From Eledone cirrhosa (lineage: Eukaryota), in contig OZ024740.1 of assembly GCA_964016885.1 (NCBI GenBank), forward strand, positions 278,194,001 through 278,258,000: DNA of 64,000 nucleotides, written 5' to 3'. The stretch's first letter is position 1, and the number at the start of each line of letters is the position of its first letter. The translations under genes were made by a program, and so were the position numbers. Shown here piece by piece: positions 30,316 through 44,422 of this stretch. The notes beneath the pieces are model-generated. The model was not told the origin of the DNA. It searched no databases and worked only from the letters and a program-made list of their open reading frames with translations.

Positions 30316-30596
30316 CCTCGTGTATTAATTTATTTTACATTCATTTCATACTTCTTATCACTTCATAACCTCCTATATATATATTTTGTAATGTATTTAT
30401 TTTATATATATATTTATGTAATTATTTTTGCTTTTACTTTAATCGCAATTTTCTAGCTAGTTCAATATTGTAATAATACTCGAAGCAAAGAAAACAGCAA
30501 AAAATAGCGTGAAAGCCATTCACCTCCATATAGTTGGTGTTAAACTATTTCAGGTCATGAACAATTGTTTTTTACCGTCTCCATCATAGTACCAGG

Positions 30597-30642
30597 CACA
30601 GACACACACACAGACACACACACAGACACACACACACACACA

Positions 30643-30696
<54 letters not shown>

Positions 30697-32624
30697 CACA
30701 CACACACACACATACAAATACACACACACAAACATGCACACATACACCCATATACAAACACACACATACACACACACAGACGCACAGACACACACAGAGG
30801 CAAACACAGACAGACACACATACACACACACAAGCATGCACACATACACCCATATACAGACACACACACATACACACACACAGACACACAGACACACACA
30901 GAGGCAAACACAGACAGACACACATACACATACACACACACAAACATGCACACATACACCCATATACAGACACACACACATACACACACACAGACACACA
31001 GACACACACAGAGGCAAACACAGACGGACACACATACACATACATACACACAAACATGCACACATACACCCATATACAGACACACACACATACACACACA
31101 CAGACACACAGACACACACAGAGGCAAACACAGACGGACACACATACACATACATACACATGCACACATACACCCATATACAGACACACACACATACACA
31201 CACACAGACACACAGACACACACAGAGGCAAACACAGACAGACACACATACACATACACACACACAAACATGCACACATACACCCATATACAGACACACA
31301 CACATACACACACACAGACACACAGACACACACAGAGGCAAACACAGACGGACACACATACACATACATACACACAAACATGCACACATACACCCATATA
31401 CAGACACACACACATACACACACACAGACACACAGACACACACAGAGGCAAACACAGACAGACACACATACACACACACAAATATGCACACATACACCCA
31501 TATACAGACACACACACATACACACACACAGACACACAGACACACACAGAGGCAAACACAGACAGACACACAGACACATACACACACACAAGCATGCACA
31601 CATACACCCATATACAGACACACACACATACACACACACAGACACACAGACACACACAGAGGCAAACACAGACAGACACACATACACATACATACACACA
31701 AACATGCACACATACACCCATATACAGACACACACACATACACACACACAGACACACAGACACACACAGAGGCAAACACAGACGGACACACATACACATA
31801 CACACACACAAGCATGCACACATACACCCATATACAGACACACACACATACACACACACAGACACACACAGAGGCAAACACAGACAGACACACATACACA
31901 TACACATACACACACACAAACATGCACACATACACCCATATACAGACACACACACATACACACACACAGACACACATACACACACAGAGGCAAACACAGA
32001 CAGACACACAGACACATACACACACACAAGCATGCACACATACACCCATATACAGACACAGACACACATACAGACACACACACACATACACCCACATACA
32101 CACACACACAGACATACGCACATACGTACACACATATATACACACACAAACATGCACACATACACCCATACATACACATACAGATATACACACACACACA
32201 CATACACACACACAGAGGCAGACAAACATACGTACAGACACACACATACACACACACAAGCATTCACACATACACCCATACACATATACATACATACGGA
32301 CGCACACACACACACACACAAATACATACATAGTTTTTTATCGTCACCATTACAGACACAGACTTAGACACAGACACACACATGCACACACATACACACA
32401 CACACACATACACCCACATACATACATGCATACATACACACACATATATACATACACGCATATACATACACACACATACATACATACATACACATACATA
32501 GATACAAACATACATACAAAAACATACATACATACACACACATACACATACATACATACACATACATAGATACATGCATACACAAACATACATACATATA
32601 TACACACACATATACATACATACA
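30597..32624. repeat. CA-rich minisatellite, ~102-116-bp period, ~12 units, grading into (CATA)n
   Basis: Landmark gaggcaaacacagac at 30797, 30901, 31011, 31121, 31225 ... 31987. Confidence 0.9.
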
Positions 32625-32670
32625 TGATGGCTGCCCTCTCGTTATCGAGTATGGCCATTGCACGAGATTA

Positions 32671-32742
<72 letters not shown>

Positions 32743-32923
32743 TATATAGTAATAATAATAAATTTGAACACTAAAATCCAAAGAGGGCTCGATAAGGATA
32801 AATATATATCAAATATATAAGAACCGTAGAGCAAAATTTATCCAATTCGACATCAATAATTACTACTCCTCCATCACTTTACCACTTCTCCTTAGAGCTA
32901 TCAATTTCGCTCAAACACTCGCA

Positions 32924-34137
32924 GTGGTTAAGGATTTCGAAGTTGATGTCATCCTCAATGCCCGTAAGTCGGTGATTAATTTCGACGACTCTATTTGGAT
33001 TAAAAAATCCAATAGTACCCCATTCGATGCGAGTATGGGCGCCAGCGATTCTGCGGAGGTTACTGATCTTATCGGTCTTTTCCTTCTTTTCTCTATCAAG
33101 GACGAATTCCCCAACGCGGTCGGTGGTTTGTACCGTGATGATGGTCTTTTGACCATGACAAAGTGCGGCCCACGTGCTTGCGACAGGTTCAGAAAAGAAC
33201 TCACAGCCTTCTTTAAAGGCTTCAACCTCTCTATACAGGTTGAGGCCAACCTCTCGGTCGTTAATTACCTCGACGTTACCCTCAATTTATCGAATGGCTT
33301 GTTATACCCGTATAGAAAGCCGAATGATACGCTTAATTACATAAGTAAGCATTCCAACCATCCTGCCAGCATAACCAAGAACCTGGTAAGAAACGTTTCG
33401 TTTCCCGTCTATCTACTAACGAGCATATGTTCAACGACCATTCTACTTATTACAATGAAGCTCTTGCTATGAGGGGATTTGTTGATAAGGTAGCATATAC
33501 AGAGTACGAGAATAGACCTAGAACAAATAGATCCCGTCGCATTATATGGTATAACCCACCCTATAATATGGAGGTGGCCACACCATTACCTAAGATCTTT
33601 TTATCCCTTATTACGAAGCATTTTCCCCCTACACATAAATATAGTAACATTTTTAATAGAAATACTATTAAAATTTCTTACTCTACGACTCCTAACCTTG
33701 CACATAACATCACAGCTTCAAATTTAGCTAAACTACCTAGCCGTAGGAACACGTGCAACCCTGTAGTTAGTACTAACTGTAATTGTAGGAATCGGGTTGA
33801 TTGCCCCCTATCCGGGAAATGCCTCTCTAGTAACATTGTCTACAAATGTAAGGTTGAAACACCCACATCCGGTAGGGCCTACATAGGGTTAACCGCCAAT
33901 AGATTCAAGCAGCGGCTTTACATGCATACCCATTCTTTTCGTTACCCACTAAGAAGGAATATGACGTCACTTTCAGCTTATATCTGGAGTCTAAAAGACA
34001 ACCACACCCAATATAAGTTACACTGGGAGATCCTAGCTCGGGCTAGATCGTATAACGGAATTAAAAGACCATGTCACCTCTGCGCAGCTGAGGCCCTGGA
34101 AATACTCCACAGACCACATCTTAAACAAAAAATCTGA
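32924..34137 (+). pseudogene. PLE reverse transcriptase-GIY-YIG polyprotein, frameshifted
   Basis: ORFs 32924-33472 and 33427-34137. Confidence 0.9.
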
Positions 34138-35150
34138 GGCAATTTCGGCTTGTAAACATAAATTGCACAAAACTTTCCTGTATTACAGCCCCACATTATA
34201 CCCTAACGGATAGTACGATCTATACGTGGATATTTTACGTTTTGATGTGGTAGCTAAGTATATGTTATGTTTATACCATTACTTATTTTCATAGGTAAGT
34301 ATATATTACCTGTATGTTTTGTGAAGGTACGTATACTTTCTCGTACGTATATTTTATTGTATATGTTATGGCGTATATTTTTATATATTCTGGTACATAT
34401 GCTTTTGGTTATGTGTATACGGGAGGTTTGCGTCTGTGCGAGTATGCGGGTTCGTACGTATGCTGGGTGTGTGTATATGTGTACTTCATGTTTTGGTTGA
34501 CGTCGTCTCCGAACATTTGTGTATTTACATGTAGGTATGTGTGTGCGCTTGTTATATACGTATTTATTTATTTATATACGTTTATTTAATTACTTATTTA
34601 TTTGTATACACACACACACACACATATGTATATGTGCGTGGTTTTGTATACCTATGGCGAGTGTTTTCGCGTATGCTTGTGTATATACGTATTTGGATGC
34701 GTGTATGTATTTATTTAATTTCAATTACCTCTGTATTGTATTTTATTTACTTTATTCTTAACTCTGAAGCGGGGAATCGTTCGGTTTCCTAGTTAGAATT
34801 TTAGTCTACGACTTTAGTTATACCATTTACGTGGTTTTGTCTCTGGGTGCAATTGTTCTCCACGATCCACATATGACGTGTTATCTTCGTTTTTTTTCGT
34901 TCATTGCCAGAGAACTTCTCTATGAACCACCTAAGAGAACATTAGTCTACGACTTCTTTTATACCATAAACGTAGTTCTGTCTTTGTGTGTAATTGTTTT
35001 TCTCCGCTCCTATTAATGACGTATTATATTCGTTTTTTCCAGTTCTTTTCCAGGGAACGTTTCCACGAACCAAAGTATCGTCTTCCTGTCTTCCTCCGGT
35101 TGCAACGTTTTTTTAAATATCCACTTCTGCGTTTACAGATTGACTTTGTT

Positions 35151-35201
35151 AGTTTCAGAAGATCCCATTAAGGGTGAAAGCAGCGATTCTTTGCTTAAAC
35201 T
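35151..35201 (+). ncRNA. Hammerhead-like motif, variant core CAGAAGA
   Basis: agttt-CAGAAGA-tccc attaa gggt-GAAA-gca..tgc-TT-aaact, the same variant as 4910-4960. Confidence 0.6.
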
Positions 35202-35221
35202 TTAACCTGTTATTTTAATAA

Positions 35222-35375
<154 letters not shown>

Positions 35376-35377
35376 TA

Positions 35378-35449
<72 letters not shown>

Positions 35450-35452
<3 letters not shown>

Positions 35453-35821
35453 CGTTTCTGAATTTGTTTAGCAAGATTCTTTATCTGAAATCGTGTGTTG
35501 AAACCGATATTGTTATACTTTGGGAGGGTCATGTTGTCAATAAGAAACACACGCACCAGTTGCTTTCACTTCAATTTATTATATATTTATAAATTTATAA
35601 ATTTACAAATCTACAAACTTATAAATTTCTGGTTGGTTGGTTGGTTCCACAACCAGATAGTTGTTTATATATAGTCATAGTCCTTTCGTCACACACTCTG
35701 TGACCTCTTCAGTGACTGGGTATTCCTTTCTTTGTTTCTGTGCCTTTCCTTTCTTCTGTCCTACGCCATTTTGTTTCTGTGTGTCACAGAAACAAAATGG
35801 CGTAGGACAGAAGAAAGGAAA

Positions 35822-35825
<4 letters not shown>
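35450..35825 (-). mobile_element. HHR element of the 8896-9372 family ending in a palindrome
   Basis: Matches 8900-9136, with palindrome 35741-35825. Confidence 0.8.
35673..35717 (-). ncRNA. Minimal type I hammerhead ribozyme
   Basis: agtca-CTGAAGA-g gtcaca gagtg tgtgac-GAAA-ggac-TA-tgact. Confidence 0.75.
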
Positions 35826-35877
<52 letters not shown>

Positions 35878-36022
35878 CATATATATATACACATATATTA
35901 ATAACAATAATAATAATAATAACAAAAATAACAATAACGACAACAACAACAATAATAATATACATATATATATATATACACACGCACACACGGAAACATA
36001 TCTATATACACACACACACACA

Positions 36023-39000
36023 CGATAGCAACTAACAGCGCTGCGATAGAATGTGACTTTTTAGCCCAGCCAATGATCTAAAATGTCTTGCACAGAGTCG
36101 GCAACCAAAACATTCACTGGGTTGGAGTTCATGTACTTTTGCATGTCGTTTGAGCCCTCCTGTGGATTTACATTCTCTACCACATGCTTGGCAAGCATGA
36201 TGAGTAGCATCTCCAACAGCAGCCTGGTAGTCAACCATTGGTCTTACTTTATGACTGCGAAGATGACTTTGCTTAGGCAGTCTCGTACAGACGCTGCATG
36301 TCAGCACCATAGGAGGACCCTCTCAGTCTGGAAGTGCAACAGCAATGCCCTTACTCACATCCCGCTTTACTTTCTCGTATGCGATTCGAGATGCCTCAAA
36401 GGCAACTTTTCCCTCATATACAGTCTTTCTCCATTTATTACGAACAGCAGCAATATTTTCTCATGTATCAGAAGAGATGTTAGCGTCTTTCAAAGAGGCT
36501 TTCAATGAATCCTTATACCTCTTTTTTGGTTTATGTGGTGGTCGTTTTCCTTTAATTAACTCTCCATAAATGAGTTGTTTTGGTATTCTAGAATCCTTCA
36601 TCCTGGCAAGGTGACCACTCCAACGGAGTCGTTGCTTAAGCACAAGAACTTCTATACTGTCACACATAGAGCTTTCCAAAATCTCGATATCACTGATGTG
36701 GTCACTCCAGTGAACGCCATGGATCCGTCTGAGACACATCTGATGGAAACGCTCCAGTTGCTTAAGGTGGTGTCGATATGTGACCCAGGTCTCGCAGGCA
36801 TAAAGAAGAGAAGAGAGCACACATGCCTTGTATACTTTTACCTTTGTCTTCTTGAATATGTCTCGCCGACCCCAGAGTCGCCTTTCTAGCTTTCCGAAAG
36901 CATCACTTGCTTTCTTAATTTTAAGTGAGATTTCACTATCAAGGTTGCTGTATCGATTAACAGTGCTTCCCGGGTAGACAAACTGATCAACCACTCCAAG
37001 TCGTTTACCATACATATAGATATTTGGTTCATTGTAAAGCTTACCAGAGGCAGGTTGGTACATGACGACGATTTTCTTGAGACTGACAGTCAATCCTAGG
37101 GCAGTGCAAGCGTCAGAAAATGCATTCAAAATGTGCTGTAAATCACTCTCTTTATGCGCTACAAGATCGCAATCATCTGCATACAAGAGGTCACTTATGA
37201 TTGATGTAAATACTTTTGTCTTTGCAGCAAAGCGCCTGATGTTAAATATGCTGCCTGAGGTTCGATATCGGATGTAAACACCATTCTCGCAATTCCTGAA
37301 TGCAATACAGAAAACCATTGCAAAGTATATGGCAAACAGGGTCGGTGCTGGAATATACTCCTGCTTCACTCCATTTTTTACTGAGATAGGCTCCGACATG
37401 TTACCTCTGACATTAACCCAAGCCTTCATGTGGTCATGGAAAGACCTAACTAAAGCAAGGAACTTATCAGGGCAACCAAGTTTCTGGAGAACCTTCCATA
37501 ATGCATTTCTGTTAACAGTATCGAAAGCTTTTGTCAGATCGACAAAAACCTGATACAGATCCAAACCTTGTTCCATGCACTTCTGCTGGAGTTGTCTAGC
37601 TGAGATCATATCAGTAGCACCGCATCCAGCACGAAAACCAGATTGACTTTCAGGAAGAACACAATCTGCAATGTGTGTCAGCAGACGGTCCAGAAGCACC
37701 CTACATAAAACATTCCCTATGACAGAAAGCAATGATATACCTCTGTAGTTCCCACAATCATTCCTGTTACCCTTTCCCTTGTACAAGATCACCATTACTA
37801 CATCTCTCCAGTCCTCAGGTACGGATTCATTAGCCCATATCCTGCCAAACAAAGAGTGAAGATGTTGCAGGAGTCTCTCACCACCATATTGTAGGAGCTC
37901 AGCATGTATGCCATCCATATCTGGAGACCTTCCACTGTTCAGCTTCGAGATAGCGACTGCAGCCTCTACAAGCGTCGAAGGTACTGCGAGAGCTACTTTC
38001 ACAGGACTTTCTGGAATGAGATTGAGGAAATCTTCATTGACGACAGACGGCTGATTCAAATGATCATCAAAGTGCTCTCGCCACCTTCGTAGAATTCCTT
38101 GTGAGTCACGAAGAAGTTCTTTGCTATCCTTGCTGCGAAACGATGTCACCAGAGAAGAAGACGGTCCATAAACCTCACGCAAGAGACTGTACAACAGCTT
38201 TGTGTTATTGGAATCTGACGCAGTGTGTATCTCACCAGCCTTCTCACTCCACCACTGATCCTTCATCTGAGAAAGACTCCGCCTAACACGTGATTTTACA
38301 TCCTTGAGTTCCTCATGCAACGTATTCCTCTCCTGTGGTTTTGCCGTCAAGTAGCGTGACAGAGCACGCCTCTTATCAGCCAACAAGTCTTCTATATGTA
38401 CATCATTCTCATTAAACCAGTCCTGATGTTTTCTCTGCACCAATCCCAGAACACGCCTGCCTACATCATAAACCGACTTTTTAAGGGTCGGCCAATCCTC
38501 ACCAAGATCTGCAACCTGCATATCTTCTTCCAATGTCTTCTTCATATTTTTATCCTTAAGACGAGCAGCATTCAATCTTTTGGGCAGGGCTACACCAGGA
38601 GCCCGGATTTTACGTTTAGTGATTAGTTTCACCTTTGCGCGTACCAGGCGGTGGTCCGTCCAGCACTCAGCTCCACGAAGAGCACGAACACACTGCACAT
38701 CCTGTCTGTCACGCATCCTGACTAGGACGTAGTCCAAAAGATGCCATTCCTTAGATGCAGGATGCATCCATGTGGTCTTGAATTTGTTCTTTTGCTGGAA
38801 CACGGTGTTGGTAACACACAGATCCAGATCCTCACACATCTGCAGCAGGAGCATACCATTGTTGTTACACTTCCCCACCCCATGCCTTCCGATTACATTC
38901 CATGTGTTAAAATTCCTACCCACTCTAGCATTAACGTCACCAAGCACGTTGACTTTGTCTGCCTGAGGGATATTTCTTAAAACACCTTTCAAGGCATGGT

Positions 39001-40180
39001 AAAAGGACACTTTTTCTTCATCGACAGAATTCATAGTTGTAGCATACACACTCACCAGGATCGCATATCTTCCTTTGTCCAGCGTAATTCTCATGGACAT
39101 AAGACGCTCACTAATCCCTACTGGGAATTCTTCTAATTTATTTACAAGTACAGTCTTAACAGCAAATCCTACCCCAGCCTCTCTTCTGGTTCCTTCATCT
39201 CTTCCTTTCCAGAAGAATGTATAAAATTCCGTAAGATGACCATCTCCAGCTAACCTCGTCTCAGATAAAGCAACGATGTCAAGATCGTAACGTCGAAGCT
39301 CCTTTACAACAAGAGCGGTCCTTCGTTCAGGACGCCCCAAGGAATCCCTGTCAAGCAGCGTCCGTACGTTCCAGCAGCCAAGACTAAATGCCTTGTTTGG
39401 CTCTATTACAATGGCACGATGACGAGCGGGCCCAGGCTGTGATAACCTGGGGCCCCTGCCCTTATTGCCAATTATCTTTTTTTTGTTCCAGAATCTAAAT
39501 TGCCAATTATCTCTTTTATATTTTTCTTGAACATCATTGAATTGGGAAAAAAAAAAAAAAAAAGTAATAATAATAGTAGCAATAATAATAATAATAATAA
39601 TAATAATACACTATTAATAATTATTAATTAATGCAAACGTACAATGCCTGTGCGTGAAGATATTTTTTAAAATGAGGAAAGACTGTGCACTGAGCCAATC
39701 CCACTCTCTGAGCGACAGTAGCTATAATCCGAAAAGAAGAAAAGATCAACATCATCGGTAACTACTGATCCGCAGTTTTTATATCGGAGTTATCTCAGTT
39801 TCCTGAGTTGCCTTCTCCTAGAAGAATGCCCTGACAAAGGCTAGGGTTCCTTCATTCCCAGTGGTTTAACCGCGCAATCGGGTGTCTAGCCCGACTATTT
39901 ATATGTCCCCGCGCATATACATATACATGCACCCATGTATATACACATATACATACATATGTACATGTGTATATACATATTTACACATTTTTAGATGGCC
40001 GTTCACCCTTATGAGTTCTTCCACCCTTTGTCAGGTTTTGTTTTTTGTCCTGCAGGGTGTCCAAAATCACCCTCCTCACCAAGTAAACTTGATGAGGTTG
40101 TCGGTTTAGTCGCCGACGACCATGCGACAGGTTGTACTGGGTTACATGTTACTAGTAGCACTCAAGGGTGAACCGACATA
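36023..40180 (-). mobile_element. Near full-length RTE-clade LINE (5' UTR ~39640-40180; 3' terminus probably displaced to 32625-32668)
   Basis: Single APE-RT ORF, RTE-type 5' UTR motif ctaggagaaggcaactc, 3' zinc-finger region. Confidence 0.9.
36032..39470 (-). pseudogene. RTE ORF: apurinic endonuclease + reverse transcriptase + C-terminal C2H2 fingers
   Basis: 959-aa ORF 36461-39340 (VALSETR, GDVNAR, LDYVL, TDHRLV, FVDLTKAFD, LLYADD). The frame extends upstream through GCWNVRTL and downstream past two TGA stops into CxxC..H..H repeats. Confidence 0.92.
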
Positions 40181-40594
40181 AAGTGACCAAAGTATAACTG
40201 AACTTGGATTTGTGGACAAAGAGCGAAGCTCTCTAATTCATAAACTACAAATGGCTGCGATCACTGGCACCTTTAAAATTTGCAAAACATTCTTGCGATT
40301 CAAGGGATGACATTTTCTTTTCTTTTACAACCTTGCCACCAGGAAGGTGGCCGGTCAAATATATACTCGAAATTAAGAGAAAGAGAAACATACATGTATA
40401 CATACGCACATACATACATGCATACATTCATATATGCATACATGCATACAAACATACATGAATACATACATACATACATACATACATACATACATACATA
40501 CATACATACATACATACATACATGCACACACACGCACACGCGCAGACACTCGCTCATATATATGTGTGTATGTGTGTCTGTATACAGAGCGAGA

Positions 40595-40857
40595 CAGAAA
40601 GAAAGAAAGAACGAAAGAAAGAAAGAACGAAAGAAAGAAAAGTAAAAGAAAAAAGAAAGAAAAGAAAGAAAGAGAAAAGAGAAAAAAAAGGAAAGAAAGA
40701 AAGAAAAAAGAAAGAAAATAGAAAGAAAAAAGAAGGAATAGAAGAAAGAAAGTAAGGAAGTAAGAAAGAGTAGAAAGAAGGAAAATGAATAAAGAAGGAA
40801 AATAAATAAAGAAAGAAAGAAAGAATGAAAGAAAAAAAGAAAGAAAGAAAGAATGAA

Positions 40858-40901
<44 letters not shown>

Positions 40902-40907
40902 GAGAAA

Positions 40908-40956
<49 letters not shown>

Positions 40957-41090
40957 TAAAGGAAGACAACGGGAAAGAAAGAAAGAAAGCAAAGTCAGAA
41001 AGAAAAAAAGATGGGAAGAGAAGAAAGAAAAAGAAGAAACAGAGAGAGAGATACAGACAGACAGATAGAGAGAAAAAGCGAAAGAGAGGA
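40595..41090. repeat. (GAAA)n-rich purine tract
   Basis: Direct inspection. Confidence 0.9.
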
Positions 41091-41685
41091 GATTCAATAT
41101 GTGCTATGGATAATACATCAGCCTACGTTGACAGCCGTGGGTTATTATAAATAAACTGTAGGCACTGTTGTATTATCTGCGAGGTTGTTGGTGTATTTCT
41201 TGTGGTTATTGTAGGCGTTTCAGTGCAACGAGTTGTTGTATAGTTTAAGTGAGGCGAGAGAATTATTATTAGAATATGAAACGCTTGTCTGGCTATAATC
41301 AACAATGTCGACAATACAAGTAACGATCACAATCTATTTTCAACCAATTATATATACATATATATACATATATATGTATATATGTATATATATGCATATA
41401 TATATGTACATATATATACATATGTATGTATATATGCATATGTATGTGTATATATATATATATATGTATATATATATGTGTATATATATGTATGTATGTG
41501 TATGTATATATGTGTATGTATGTATGTATGTATGTATGTATGTATGTATGTATGTATGTATGTATGTATGTATGTATGTATGTATGTATATATGTGTGTG
41601 CGTGTATGTATGTATATATATGTAAGTATATATATATATATATAATCTGAGCGATAAACTACTTGTTTGTTATATATATATACAG

Positions 41686-41756
<71 letters not shown>

Positions 41757-41777
41757 AGAGACAGAGAAAGAGAGATT

Positions 41778-41808
<31 letters not shown>

Positions 41809-41885
41809 ATATATATACGTGTGTGTGTGTGTATAAATATATATAAATATATATTTGTCTTCCTAATAATCGTCTTTTTCTCCGT

Positions 41886-41920
<35 letters not shown>

Positions 41921-42099
41921 TATGTATATAAGTATATGAGTATATCTAATTTATATATATATATATGCATACATATGTATATACACAAATACACACACAT
42001 ATATAAGTATGTATATATACATATATATATGTGCGTGTGTGTGTGTGTGTGTGTGTTTGTGTGTGTGTATAAATATATATAAATATATATATATATTAA

Positions 42100-42590
42100 T
42101 CGGGGGTTACCTCCCTTGGAGAAAACCACGTGTCTGTGGCGAAATTTAAAGCTACAACATGCCCGCTCAGGCTAAAAACGAAAGACTTGCTGAAGAAGCA
42201 AATCCTATGTTCTGTCGTCAAAAACCATTATATTGCAGACTCCTGCAATCGGAATTTGTCAATCTTGCATTTGCAGACACTTAGCGCTGATGTTGGGTGC
42301 TGTATGTGATCTATATTGTGTGATATACGATGTACATAATATATTTTGCATTCAACCTCACCGCTTTGTCCAGGTCAGTCTAAAATCTTTTCCCGAGTCC
42401 TGTATTTTCGTTGCTCTAGTGATGCGGCTGGACTGCCGACCGCTATATCTGATTTGCTAAGCTGTCTGAACGTATTGTTATTACTCTGGGGTTCTTTTCC
42501 CCATCCGAGTGCTAGAGCTACAGACCGATTCTGCATTCGTTAGCTTGGCCGTGTTCTAAAGCTTCGTTAATGCTGTACTAAAATTTATAT
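42100..42590 (+). repeat. Unclassified interspersed repeat (copy of 18820-19228)
   Basis: Shared sequence such as gttctgtcgtcaaaa, cggaatttgtc and ttctgcattcgttagcttggccg. Confidence 0.7.
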
Positions 42591-42615
42591 ATATATATAT
42601 TTATACACACACAAA

Positions 42616-42715
<100 letters not shown>

Positions 42716-42753
42716 CTAATATATGTGTGTGTATTTGTGTATATACATTTGTG

Positions 42754-42785
<32 letters not shown>

Positions 42786-42834
42786 TACTTATATACTTAT
42801 AAAAGTTATGTGTATGTGTGTATATACATATGTA

Positions 42835-43252
42835 AAGTACACGAACTCCAACCACAGCCGACTATTCCCTGTGAATGTTTTGGTTACCGACTCTGTGCAA
42901 GACATTTTAGATCATTGGCTGGGCTAAAAAGCCACATTCGATCGCAGCGCTGTTAGTTGCTATCGTGTGTATGTGTGTGTGTATAGATATGTTTATGTGT
43001 GTGCGTGTATGTGTATATATATATATGTATATGTATATTATTATTGTTGTTGTCGTTATTATTATTGTTATTATTATCATTATTATTGTTATTAATGTAT
43101 ATGTGTGTGTGTATATGTATGTGTGTGTATATATGTGTATGTATGTGTGTATATATATATATATTTCTTTTTTTTTTTATTTTATTTTTTTTTTTTTTTT
43201 TTTTCTTCTCGTGCAATGGCCATACTCGATAAGGAGGGGGCAGCCATCATGT
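42835..43252 (+). mobile_element. 3' end of the same RTE family including its microsatellite-rich 3' UTR
   Basis: 42865-42964 is the reverse complement of 36023-36120. Ends ..ggcagccatcatgtat. Confidence 0.8.
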
Positions 43253-43288
43253 ATATATATATAAATATAAATGTGTGTGTGTGTGCGC

Positions 43289-43332
<44 letters not shown>

Positions 43333-43842
43333 GTGTGCATGTGAGTGTGTTGTTATGAGTATGTATGTCCAGGTGTATACGAATAAGTACTTGCTTGTTA
43401 GCGCTTATATTTACAACCCATACACACCCATACATAACATATGGATGGAACTTGGTAGACGGAACCCGTAGAAACCCATTCTATTGTGTCAGCGTTTATG
43501 TCCCTTAACTTAACGGTACGTCAAAAAAACAAGCATTTAAAAGTTAAGTACTGGAATTGATTTCATGAACTAAATCTATGCATTGCCCCAGCGTGGTCGC
43601 AATCCTATGAGTAAAACAGTAACAGAATAAAGGAATACACACATACACACACACACAATTATATATTTGTATATATAGACAGACTGAATAAAGGTAGTCT
43701 ACTGTTAGGGTGTTTGGAAGGGTAGTCGATAGTTACACACACGCAAACGCATGCGCAGAGAAGCAGACAAAAATAAATAAATAAATAAACAGATAAAATA
43801 AAAATGGCGTAGACATACAATACAACAGGAGGAAACGATAGC

Positions 43843-43884
43843 ACCACTGACGATGTTGCAGATGTGCAACGAAAGATTTATGAT
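43843..43884 (+). ncRNA. Minimal hammerhead motif in a diverged relative of the 8896 family (~43690-44091)
   Basis: acca-CTGACGA-t gttgca gatg tgcaac-GAAA-gatt-TA-tgat. The element ends with the same atgaccctccc(c)aagtataacaata terminus as 9349-9372. Confidence 0.6.
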
Positions 43885-44085
43885 AAACTATATATATGTG
43901 TTTGTGTCTATATTGCATCTGTATTATTTTTGACCGTCGTTCAGTCAATGGCAACATTGAGGACCGAGTAAGTTAGATTACCGATATAAAAGACATAGAA
44001 GCGAGAAGCGAAAACCAACCAAACAGTGAGTGTGTTCTGTTATTAATTCTGGCAATATTACACAAATATGACCCTCCCCAAGTAT

Positions 44086-44159
<74 letters not shown>

Positions 44160-44324
44160 TGAGAGAGAGAGAGACAGGTTGAGACGGAGAGGGAGAGAGG
44201 AAGATGGATGAGAGGGAGAGGAGAGAGGGGGGAGAGAGAGGAGAGAGATAGAGATTCCCGAGTTGAGTCGGGAGTATCTACAGTTAAGAAAAGTAATCAT
44301 GCGTTGGTAGAGTATAGGCATCTT

Positions 44325-44418
<94 letters not shown>

Positions 44419-44422
<4 letters not shown>

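Noticed and set aside
30550-32569. ~600-aa ORFs on both strands (VCVC/HTHT)
   Set aside because: Stop-free frames produced by the CA-rich minisatellite. The same applies to the many [12 protein letters not shown] and FFFL ORFs.
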